64,000 nt of DNA. Source: Lingula anatina (taxonomy: Eukaryota > Animalia > Brachiopoda). This document shows positions 52,640 to 63,978 of this stretch, in pieces (position 1 is the stretch's first letter; the number at the start of each line of letters is the position of its first letter). The notes under the pieces were generated by a model. It was given only the letters and a program-made list of their open reading frames with translations, was not told where the DNA came from and ran no database searches. Both the position numbers and the translations under genes were made by a program. The stretch lies in the NCBI GenBank assembly GCA_051362555.1, contig CM120640.1, positions 49,082,788-49,146,787 of the forward strand, written 5' to 3'.

Positions 52640-55600
52640 ATTAAAATTGGAATCCAGTAACATCAAACTGATTTTATTCTTGTTAAAATACATTTTATTT
52701 CTTATGTTTGAAGGAAGGAACTTGTACTTTTCTGCTCATTTTTAGTTCTTAATTGGAAGCAATTAATGTGAAATAGATTCCCTTTTTGTTAGATTTTCAT
52801 TTTATTTCTGATGACAATGACAGGACTTAATGAAAGTGATATCTACTGGATCACTACTGTCTGTTCTTTCTTTCAGTGACCTCAAAAGGATGTTATTTGC
52901 AATACTCTGTGCCACACTGCATTCTGTATTCAGATAACAATATGTTTTGGTGCAGTTTAGATAAAATTTCAAAGAGATACCCAACCTTAGTTGACATTGA
53001 TATTTGAATGGTTCAAGTTCTCCCTCATACCAGTACTTTCCAGCTGGTGTAGTGTTTGTATGCTAAGATAGCAGAGAAAGGTTGTACTGATGTATTATAC
53101 ATATATATATATTGACTAAAATACCCTAGCCTAAATGTGGATCTCACCCAAACTGTATTTTGTAGCCCTTCAAGTCACACCTGCCTGTACAGTACCATAT
53201 AGTCGCTGATTACTCAATCTATTCTACAAGTAATTTAATATGCTCACTCAACAATGGAGAAGGTATGTACGTAATGCTTAGTGACCAACATCATTCCTGG
53301 CCTCCATAAAATGTGTAGGAAAATTTCCATTTGATTCTCTTATGTTCAAAATTTGATATGATTTAACACAAATGCTACATGTATCAAAATTATTACAACC
53401 CTGTGATTTTTGTTAAAAATATAGCCACTCGGGACATTATTTCACAAGGTCTTTTTACTAATACAAAACAGTACATCAAAGAACACTGGTGGCATGCCCC
53501 ATCTCAGCACATATTTGTATCATTTAGTGACACTTTAGTCTACAAGGATAGTGCATCATATGCCATTAAAAATCATGATTGAGTAATACAGTATACATAT
53601 TAACCAAAGCTTCTGAATGCTTTGTTATAAGAAGCCCTTTGAACAAAGCTAGTCAGTATGACCTGACAAATAGTTCCCATACAAATGGGGTTAATATGAA
53701 GCTAAACTAGATACAGGGCATAACATTTACTAATATTTCCACTATCCACATACCTGAAAACGTTGTATAGAAAAAACATTAACAAGTGAAAAAACTGTGA
53801 AACCCTATCATAGTAAATCCCTTTGCTATAATTTTTGTTTTATAGTTTCATTTTTATTATAGTTGGTGTTTTTTAATGTTACACAGAAGGAATAAAAGTT
53901 TCAAAAAGTACAAAAAAGAGGTAAATTTCACTAACTGGCCCTCAATTTATATCTTAAAACATGCCTGAATCATCATCTGATATCCATTTAAAACATCATA
54001 TCTTTCATAAACTTATTTCTTTTTCAGTAAAAAGACCACAGCCTTAAAGGCTTTCTTTAAATTTCTTCCCGAGCAATTTAGAAAAAAATTACTTTGACAA
54101 AATGAAATTAGGGCACCAACATTTTAGTCATCACAGGTTTTGACGGATGTAAGCTGAAAGTTGGAATGTGGCACATCATAAGATTTCATGTAATGTTTGT
54201 AAAAACATTACTCAAAGCAGTGGGAGGGGGAAAAACCTCTACATTGGGCACATCCTGTTCTACAAGGTCACATCTTAGTTTATACAATAGGATGTCATGT
54301 CCCCTAATATATATAATGTCACTCAACTCCCAACTTGTGCAAGCTTCCGCTTAAACATATATTATTATTATTAATTTCCAACTTGTGCAAGCTTACACCT
54401 TTTCTTACTAATTTGATGCCCTTTTACCATTTATTATTTCCTTTTCATGTAGAATTCCCAGATTTGTTCTCTTATCATTTTCCAATTAATTAACACCAAA
54501 GGTATAAGGACTGATTTTTTTTTTTTCTGGCTTAAGCTCATGCACCAATCTTTTTATATATATTTATAGTGTGTGCGTGTGTGTTTGTGTGTGTGTGTGC
54601 ATGTGTAACATGTTTATACAGAAGTGGGGATTAGAAGATTACATCTGCAGTTCCACACCCTAGTTGCACCCTACTGGTACCTATCTAGTGCATCAATTTT
54701 TAGATATACATAAAAGATATGAGCTCCACTAGCCAATCCTAAAATCCACCCACTTTGCTAATCATTTGACAAATAGTTTACATATGAATGACCTAATGAT
54801 AAACCACTTGAAGCATTTTATTTAATGTATCCATGACCAAAACTATTCCCCACTAAAGATACCTGCTTGACATTTCTGTTTCTTTTTCTTTTTTTGCATT
54901 AGTGTGTTCTGCCTTGGGAGAAAAATGCCTTTATTTTTTATTCATCCAAGGTTTTGTTGTTTTTTTAAACCTATGTCATCATCAACTTGTTCTTTTATCT
55001 CTTTTCTTTTCTTTTTTTAAACTTTTTTGGAGCAATTGAAGCTTAATTCATTTATATCTTATTCTTCAGCATGTCAGTCAGTGCAAATGCTTTTAAAATA
55101 GAAACAATGAGACATTTTCATTGTAGGTATATATTTGTAACATTGAAGTTTCACTTGGCACCTTTCCAAAAATATGAATGGTTCCAGTTCTAAGTATTAC
55201 ATAAAAAGCAAATTCCCTTCAAGATATTTACACAGAATTCCAAATGAATACCAGGAAGTAATCCAAAATGAAACAACAAAATAGCAACTCAATTTAGTTT
55301 TATTTTGCTAATATTGAGCTAACATTGAGCTAAGGGACTTAATCATGCTTTAAATTGACTTAACAACAATATATCACTTATTTGCCAGTAATTTATAACA
55401 TCTTAGCTTCATTAACATTACTGTTTATTAAATGAACTTTGTCCATATATTTGTTTATTGTGACCTCAAATATAAAATGCCTATGCAAACACTAAATGAC
55501 AAATTATTTAACTTTCTCTTTATTCTAATTTAATGCTAAGATGCTTGTCCATTTTATATATTGATGATCTTGTCAATTACTTGTCACATTTACTCATTAA

Positions 55601-57832
55601 TTTGAAGGAAAAAATGGTATGCCAAAAAAATAACACATCCTCACTGACAAATATGAAGAAAGAGTGACTGCCCCTATACATGTAACTGTACAAGACTGTG
55701 CATGTTGGTCATGCATAAATGCACCTTGCATATATGTTACCTTTAGAAAACTAGTCTCCATTATGGCATCAATTACTCATCATGACTTCAAATCTGCCAA
55801 ATCAAGTCATCTGTTGTTAATCCAATGGTCAAACTACTATACATAGACATATAGTGCAGAGTCATTATCTTTTCATTACTGAATAGAGAGATGTTGGACA
55901 TGCATAAATGCACCATGCATATGTCACCTTAAGAAAAATAGTCTCCATAAATTACTCATCATGACTTCAAATCTGCCAAATCAATTCATCTGTTGTAAAT
56001 CCAATGGTCAAACTACATAGAAATATAGTGCAGAGTCATTATCTTTACAATATTGAATAGAGAGATGTAGCCTACACGCATGAGGTAAAAGAGCATCTCA
56101 TCATCATCATGGTATTGAAATGACACTCACCTGTTGTCTGGGGTTATTAGGTGAGTAGCCAGTGGTCCCCTGGTCATACCTTGACCTCACAAATGGGATG
56201 TATAGACCATCTTCTGAGTTACTGTTATAACGAGTGTCATTTTTAGGTATGGGGATGTTGAAATATTCTACCGGGCAGCCTCCTCTCTGGGCATCCAGGA
56301 TTTCTTCAACCACCTGTTGACCTGTTGGACAAAAAAATCATATGCATCTGACCATAATATCTTTTTTTCTTCAAAATTGCAAAATTATCCTTGAAACAAG
56401 TTACAAAAAAGAATGCCAAATCTTTGCATTCCAAAGTAGCACTTTGGTATCTCAAAAAAGACAAAGTATTTTTATAAAAATGCAATGCAAATATATGAAA
56501 TCCACAATGCAATGAGAGGCATAAACTATAACGTATGTATCTACCTACCTGTCAATATTTGTATGCAATATACTTACCAAAGAATACTAGAAACGCCGTC
56601 CTGTTTGCATAAGAAGCATAGCCTGTGTCTCCATCCATGGTAGCAGTGGCAATTTCAATGGGATTGGGTCTGTCAAAGCCTGAAGGCTCGTATGTGCCAT
56701 CATTATAGGCAGAGGGTACTCTACGGACCATGGGCATATCTGTAAAAAATTTAACCCATAAAACAAAATAATTTTCCTAATATCACTAAAGATTTATATA
56801 TTCATCCAGTGAAAGCCACACAACTATTTTTTTTATCAAATAACTTATCATATTAAAAATCTCTTCATTTTTGACCGACCACTAAGTCATCCTAGGACAA
56901 GAAAAAGGGAAGGGCACAGGATCAGGGAAATGGTGATACAGAAGGAATTCCTTTTCTTGAAGTATGGAAGTGAATTGGTGATGGGATCACAAGAGCCCAT
57001 ACCCACCTGCACCGCCCCAGTCTGGGTGAGCCCAGTTATTATACCAGCCATCGTATGGAGGGTACTCTTTCTCCAGCTCTTCCTCCCCTTTACCAGCGGC
57101 GTTCTGTGGAGTCACCGTGGACCCCACTGTCGTGGACAGTAAGAGGTTTGAAGTCGCATTGTTTGTTCCGCTCGAAGGCTGGGTAACATTGACTGTGGTT
57201 TGCCCTGAAAAAAATCGATATCGTGGACAGCATTTAATTTTGACATCGTTTGTATAACACAGGGCCTTAGCAGGGCCAGAGACTAAGTGTAGAAATATTC
57301 TAATTTGATGAGCCTGACTGGCAACCCACCCCGTGAAGCAATGTTTTATCTTTTTTCTCTCGACGCAGTCCTTCTACTTTCACTTATTGAAAAGGAAACT
57401 GCTCCTTGCATTCACAAGATAAGACGAGCATAAATCATTACAAATGATATATTTTGCTCCCTGTGTAAGTAGCAGCTCACCCTTCGTGACTACCTCGTAC
57501 AACTAAGGGATTTTCATCGCCAGTTGTATGGCACTTACATCATTGCACCTCACCAGTCTTATAGCAATTATTCTGATTCAGAGACCAACGATGCGTTCAA
57601 CTGGAGAACTGTGGGTGATCGATCCACGACGATATGAACCACCTGTTGAGCGCGATGAGGATTATTATAACTTTATTAGCTGTACCTCACCTAAATCTGA
57701 GCTAATGCCAAAATATGCCACAGTATTTCTAATTAAGTTTAACAACCTATGACAAAAGACTAATCCAATTTTACTGCACTCACCATTTACTGCTACTGTT
57801 AGAAGTAGGGCACAAAAAGCAAGTTCCCTCAT
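33779..57832 (-). CDS. DUOX: Dual oxidase (peroxidase-homology domain, EF-hands, gp91/NOX FAD- and NADPH-binding domains), ~29 exons, apparently intact
   Basis: Signal-peptide exon 57784-57832 ([16 protein letters not shown]), [14 protein letters not shown] (57007-57204), SPNNPRQQ|[60 protein letters not shown]-hand [72 protein letters not shown], terminal HHYENF-TAG. Confidence 0.97.
35495..35537. repeat. (CA)n microsatellite
   Basis: CA run in a DUOX intron. Confidence 0.95.
37802..38139. mobile_element. Kolobok-like MITE, copy 2
   Basis: AGGGATAACAA ... TTGTTATCCCT, with internal blocks (AGATGGCTAT, AATCTCTTAAGA, CAGGGACT..GAATGTAGA..ATGGATTCAT) shared with 21507-21813. Confidence 0.85.
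39974..40018. repeat. (TA)n microsatellite
   Basis: Pure TA run. Confidence 0.95.
45975..46145. promoter_or_regulatory. Candidate intronic promoter/enhancer in DUOX (two E-boxes flanking a CCAAT box)
   Basis: GGTCACGTGTAACTG occurs exactly twice (46031-46045, 46092-46106), with GTCCAATCAG between them; GC/CpG-rich patch in an otherwise CpG-poor intron. Confidence 0.45.
49175..49756. mobile_element. PIF/Harbinger-like MITE nested in the 4.3-kb element and interrupted by a CACTA-like MITE
   Basis: GGGGCGCATTCAGATT..AAGCTGGGTCGGTTCAATT on the left is mirrored by AATTGGGTCAACCCAGCTT..AATCTGAATGCGGTC on the right; related fragments lie at ~48490-48990, 49758-50000 and 51100-51210. Confidence 0.6.
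49322..49660. mobile_element. CACTA/EnSpm-like MITE
   Basis: TIRs CACTAGTGGGCTAGATTTGGTCTTAAAGTGCAATTTAAG / CTTAAATTGCATTTTAAGACCAAATCAAGCCCACTAGTG; internal ~22-bp repeat x3 (CCTCCCCTCACAAT). Confidence 0.8.
55701..56070. repeat. ~185-bp tandem duplication in a DUOX intron
   Basis: ATGTTGG(T/A)CATGCATAAATGCACC...AATTACTCATCATGACTTCAAATCTGCCAAATCAA...GAATAGAGAGATGT present twice in tandem. Confidence 0.9.
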
Positions 57833-58779
57833 TGTACTTTCAGGTTAAGTGCTTATCTGTCACGGCTCCGCAGTTTAGTGGACCGCTTCTTCTCTCGTGT
57901 AATAGTCGTTGTTCCTTCTTATATCGCTACTAAAGAGCCTGACCTGTCCTTGTACATCGGTACGAATTCTTCTTATGCCGGTCTTCGCAACTTCCTGATC
58001 TGCCGTTTACCAAGCAATATCAATATAAGTTCTCTGCGACAAGTGACTAAACCCAAGGTTCTTATGTTTACCCAAGCCGCTTCACCGCGGTCTGAGGGAA
58101 TTCCATTGAGTGGGCACTTTTGAGGGAGAGGGCACAAATATGTTAAATTTCCGGGCACAAACCATGTAAAATGTATTTGGCATATCGAATATTGAGGAAA
58201 TATAACTCTCCAAAACTATTATGAATCGTTTGAGTGAATTAATTCAAAATTACGCAAATTTATATGTAGACTTTTGAAACAGAATCCCCTTAAAATTTCG
58301 AAATAAGTTAAATTTGCATTTAATATAAAACAAGTCGCCAAAAGGTAAAGAAAAAACTATTCATAAGGTGATAAAATAGGTCCTCTCCGTATAAATTTCA
58401 AACTAAACCAGGTTATTTTAGTGGTTAAGGGCGGGCTATTGGATAAAATATGTGAATTAGATTCTCCCCTCTCCCCTCCCCTAATATAACGCCACTCTCT
58501 ATTTACAGACGCCTGTAAGTTTCATTCTACTTTAAGTGTATTCCTGCGCCTTCTAAAGGGTAGTCGGAGCGGAAAGCGGAGAAAGGAAAGCCCTCGCACC
58601 AGTCACTTACTAAGATCCGGGTATGGTTAGAGATTTTAGCGACGTAACGACCAGCCTAGGCTCAACCATCAAACCTTGAGGAGCAGCAGACACTCTTTAT
58701 AACGCAATAATTCCTGTGCAGAGTATAAACACCAACGTTAAGAACTGCGACTAGAGCGGATTAAATAAGGAGAGCGACT
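57833..58779. promoter_or_regulatory. Bidirectional DUOX/DUOXA promoter region
   Basis: 947 bp between divergent ATGs; CpG-rich; GC box GGGGCGGG at ~58428; kB-like GGGAATTCC at 58096-58104. Confidence 0.75.
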
Positions 58780-61700
58780 ATGGGCATCATCGAGAGCAAA
58801 GAACCTGTTATATCAAGGGCATGGACGCCAGGCCTCTTCGACACATTCCGCAACAAATCCGGCCCAACGTTGTACGGCCCGCTGAAAACGCCAGTGACGG
58901 CCGACGTTTTGGAAGCTGGTTTCATCTATGCTATTGCCATACTTGCTTTCTCGCTCCTCATTATTCTCCCGGGCGTCAGGCACAAAGAAGTAAGTTTGAC
59001 AATTCCAGTATAATTTATTTCTTCCATCGCCTTTTTTACATGAAAGATTTACAATATAATGCAAGGTGACTTGTCTTATGTGTGCATAGTACAGAGATCA
59101 GGGGCGGATTTAGGCCATCTTCTGGGTCTTCTGGAAGACGGTCAGATATTCAAGTTTACATTGTTAGCCATCTAATGTTTTCTGTCGGAAGACGGTCAAA
59201 AATGGAAGATGGATCAACAAAGATAATTTGGAAGACTGTCAGAAAATATCTCTGGATCCGCCCCTGGAGATTAAATAATTTTAGATAGGCTTATCACATG
59301 TATAATATCCGATATATGTGTGGCGTGCCCTCTCCCAAGATACTGAAGATACACCCTAGCCTCAACGAAACCTTTGAACATTGTTTGAACTCATTTCTTT
59401 AATTAGTCTGAATTATTGTCTTTATTTTTTCTTGCAGAGAATCTTCTACTTTGTACGAGTTGTCGTGAGTCTTTGGATAGGATCAATTATTATATGTAAG
59501 TAGCATCGAGGTTGTTTGATCAATCACGCAGAAACGTATAGACCCATTCTTTGATTAGGTTCATCATGTGTGGCTTGGTCTACTTAATTTGACAATCATG
59601 GATAATGTATTGACTGATCAAATCTGAATCGAAGTTATTTATTCATTGTTTATTTAAGGTTGCAAATAGATATCTTTTTCATTCAAAGGGGCCAAGTATG
59701 TGAGTTTTTTCCCTTTAACTATATACTTGATTTTTCCAGTTGTTTTTTATGTTTTTTTTTTCAATGGCAATTATTGTAACGCAATCATATCGGTTGGTGC
59801 AGTGTGTTGGTAAACGTTGAGAAAGATACGTGTCAGATTGATTCCATCTGACTTTTGCATGGATGATTTTATTGTTGTGATTTATCAACCTACGGCATGT
59901 ACGGTGCAGTCACTGCAATGTAAAGTGTTAACGTCATAACTTACGTTGCGTAAATGAAGCGTCAATTGTGCACATTCATTACACTAGTGCTGTATATTAC
60001 CAAACCGTAAGCTTGAAGTCTGTCAGTGTATCCTTTTTAATCACATGACTCATCATGTGTTAATCTATTGAGTTCTTATCTCTTCTAAATACTTTCATTG
60101 ACAAATGACTGAAACCTTATGCGGCGCCTTCTGACGTCTTCAATGACAAGGTGAAATTAAACGACTCACTTTGGAAGCATTTTATTCAATCAATATCATT
60201 CATTTTTGATGACTGAATATTGCACGCATGACAATGCGAAGTACATGTAAATGGAAATCCACTAAGGCCCGGTGTAAGGGTACCGCGTTATGTTCACCCG
60301 CGCACTTTACATCCTTACACTCATGCAATTATTCCGTATTTGTGACACAACGTTGACACCTGAAACAAAAACTGCCTGAATTAATAATTGAAAAAAAAAA
60401 AAAGATTACATCAATTTATACCATTAGGTATCAGAATCCCTTTCTTTTTTATAGTGAACACAGACCATCGCATGCTTAAGCTCCCATCCCATTTTCCCTC
60501 CCCTTATGCTTCCGGGAAATTTACGATTGGAATTTCCCTACAAATGAAGTGAAGTAGAGTTTGACCTCCTAAATTTAATGCGCCGCTTCTTGGAACATGA
60601 CACTGGCATTCCCCTTTTTGTTTCGTCTCTTCCTCAGCGTGACATTGAGTCAGGGTTTCTCTTTGGCAAACTGCCATTTATCAATATTTTGATGCCTCTT
60701 ACTGAATATTGTGCCCTGCTATTACTGATGACCTTTGGAAGTCGGTACACGTATAGGGCTATCTGAAGACATTTAGTGAAAGGAGGAAATACTGGCCAAT
60801 ATGCTTATTTTAAGCTAAATCGGAAGGTACACTGGACATCGATAGCAAGATCACTTTTAGCACTTCCTGGTGTATCGAATGTTGTACCGTATATTCACCT
60901 GAAAATAACTCTTTTTCTGCATATTCGCTATCCATACATTAATTTTGAACACCCTATTAGATGTAAAACAAATTGTCAAAAACTTTATCATTAAAACTTT
61001 ATTTTATTGAAGACCACGTGTTTTTATCTTTCGTAGTGGCTAACTTTGGGCAAGAATGGGAGTTATCCGAGGTCCACACTAAGACCCAGTACCGTGCCGG
61101 CATTAACCACGAGATAAACGCTAGCATTAAGGTCGCCATAGGACTAAGAAGTGTCAATATCACATTAAAAGGTAGGTGACATTGTGACAGGTGCGACGGT
61201 GAGCAGATCAGGAGACAAGTTCTTAGAAAGGAGCTAAAAATTCTTGTCACATACCTTACCTAACATTTCGTGTGGGGTTGACGTGGAAATTAAGTGAACG
61301 AAACCTTTAATTAGAAATCGTCAGCTAATAAGGATCCCGTAACCCTACACCAGAAAGAAGTTTTGATTTTAGCATTTAAAAGTTAAATAAAGACTATCGT
61401 TGTATTGAATCACATACTGTTAAAAACATTGGACAATTTTGAATTATTTCTAAATAATATTTTAAAAGAAAGAAACACGTGAAATGGCACTTGCAGATAT
61501 TCGTCAACGAGAAAACTGTTATATTGTTTTACTTATTATTTGTAGGAACTCCGGAAAATCAAGTGAGCGAGACAATTAACTACAACGAGCGGTTCCACTG
61601 GGATGAAGAACCTGGGTGGCAACAAGGACGATTTGGATTTGGGCCATATTGTAAGTTTATGCAGTATGTCAAATGTTATTATTATTTTTATTTAGTAAAA

Positions 61701-63978
61701 ATATTTCAGGAGTGCAGACGCAATGAATAGCAGAATGACAGAGTAACTTCACTCTTCCGTTACTACATGTATATTACTGTTAAATGAAATACTTTTCCTT
61801 AGAGTTTCCTTTTAACCATTCAATTGATGGAGACCTTATCAATATATATTCAGCTGGCTTGGTACAGCGTGAGTTCCGCCGTGGTCAGTACCGTGGTCTA
61901 CCCTATCCCATCTTATGGGTGGCCGAGTACTTCACTCTGGACGGGGAAGGAATACGGTGGGGGCGACACTACAGACAGGCGGGCTTTTATAGTCATATCA
62001 TGCTCTGGTAAGTATCTAATTGGTTTTCCAATTTAACTCGCCCTCAGGTGTAAGAGAGATTTCCACATAGTTAGGTTATCTTGTATGTGCACTCCAATTA
62101 AGTTCGATTGAAGTCTGTGAGAGAGAGAGAGAGAGAGATTCAAATAACATTATTTTAAGAAAAAAATTAATATTATCTAAAAATATTTTTTTCTGTTCAC
62201 CAGGTTAGCGTTTCCTCTGTGGATCATTTGTAACATCTTGTTCTTCATGGTCATTCGGTACGGCAGCTATTTTCTGTTCTTTACGGGAAGCTGCATGGTC
62301 TTGGCCAACATCCTTTACGCCAGTATACGAAACCCTACAGAACTTGTGATACCTTGGGAGGAGGCAGTGATGGAGTTTCACTATGGATGGTGTTTTTGGC
62401 TTTGTTTGATAACAGGTAAGCGAAGCGGGAAAAGTGAGATATTCAAAATTCGTACTATTAAAATGCATTCTGGTGCTGGTCCTTTTTTGTCAGAAATACA
62501 GTTTATTAGCATTGCATAGCAATCTAACATAGCAATCTAAAAATGCACTGGTGTTTGTAAAATGTTGATTAAGTTTCACCCTTTATCAAAGAATCGTTTT
62601 CAGCAGTCACAAATTCAACGAAATTTAGTTTTTAAAAAAACTTGACCCTTTTACAAACACAAATGAAAGTGAGTGAACATGATACATTTACAGACCCGGA
62701 TTTACCTGGATTCTTTTTCATTTACAGGAGTTCTCAGTATCGTCTTCTCCATGATAATACTGTTCATGGACTTAAGGTTCCCGAGTGAAATATCAACGTT
62801 TTTTGGAGTTGACGTTTTGCAAGATTGGGAAGAATATTATGCTGGTTAGTAGTAGTGAGAAATATTCTGCTAGAAATTGAGGGAGTGGTCACATTTTTAC
62901 ATTTTTGGAAATAACAGATTCTGGTACTGTAAAATTGTTAATAAAAAGTGTTACGGCATTTTTCGAAGACAATTAGAATATATTTATACACGACTGTAGA
63001 CATTTGTAAAATTTACCCTCCTATACTTTGGAAAGCCTACATATTTCAAGGAGACCCTCTTTCAAAATGTAAATTGAAACTTTACCCCTTTTAATGCAGA
63101 TGTGTAAAATTAAGAAAATAGATGTTCTTCAAATTATCCTTTAATTACACGACATCCAAAGATGCGATAAAATCCATACATGTTTATCTGTATTTTACGT
63201 TTGTATTGAAAGTGAAATTATTCTTAAAGCGAAATTATTATGTTAAGCAATTATTTTATGACTTGAAAAGTTTTAGCTGAAAGTGAAACGAGAATTGGAA
63301 TGCATGTTGAGGAATTTTCTATCCTTAGATCCCGATCAAGACGACGTGAACCGGAAAGCCTTGCGCATAAGCAACAAAGGACTGAGGCAGAAAGAAAATG
63401 GTGAAAGCAAAGAAGTACTTACGACGAGCTATGTCCCTATGTCGTCTGGGTCACCAAATGGCACCAACGAGGACGACGCTTCGGACGACAATGTTTATGA
63501 AAACCCTGTACGGTTCAGTTCCAATCTTTGACACTGTGGTCATCGTCATGTCTATAATAAGTACATGTGAACCCGTGTCTTCTTTGTCTTCGTAGCCAGT
63601 GATCTTTGGTGATGATTGTGACTGTATTAAAGTCCTACATAATCATTTTTATGCCACATAATATTACCACATATAAGCATTACTATCACCAGGAAAAGCA
63701 AAATGGGCATTTGACTTACATAAACATGCTTTCTTTAAATATATCCCCCAGGTATCCGCACCAGTTCCCAAGTTCAGGAAACGAGCTGCCACAAACACCC
63801 AACGCTTCCAGAAATCCCGCAGAAAACCCCGCCCAACGCCCCGTGAAAGTCCCGCCGGACAAGACAGGTCACCCCGGGAGGATGACCATCACACCACTTT
63901 CCTTAGCATTCCAGACTCTGCTGCTATTGAAGAATCCGAGGAACCAGATGACGAGTACGAGAATGTGGTACACGCCAG
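58780..63978 (+). CDS. DUOXA: Dual oxidase maturation factor (DUOXA/NIP/moladietz family), 3'-incomplete in this window
   Basis: Exons ~58780-58989 (AFSLLIILPGVR), 59438-59495, 61037-61171 (NFGQEWE..IGLRSVNITLKG), 61546-61650 (ETINYNERFHW), 61854-62007 (RGLPYPILWVAEYFTLDGEGIRWGRHYRQAGFYSHIMLW), 62204-62415 (FHYGWCFWLCLITG), 62728-62843, 63329-63507, 63752-63978 (followed by a GTGAGT donor). Confidence 0.95.
59099..59266. mobile_element. 168-bp hAT-like MITE with 5-bp TSD (hAT5-like) in DUOXA intron 1
   Basis: TIRs CAGGGGCGGAT / ATCCGCCCCTG; GAGAT duplicated at 59094-59098 and 59267-59271; internal repeats GGAAGAC(G/T)GTCA; related terminus at ~47357. Confidence 0.85.
62117..62138. repeat. 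(GA)n microsatellite
   Basis: GA run in a DUOXA intron. Confidence 0.85.

Noticed and set aside
58780-58797. MGIIES as an N-myristoylation signal on DUOXA
   Set aside because: The DUOXA N-terminus is extracellular/luminal in known structures, and the pattern is too short to be significant.
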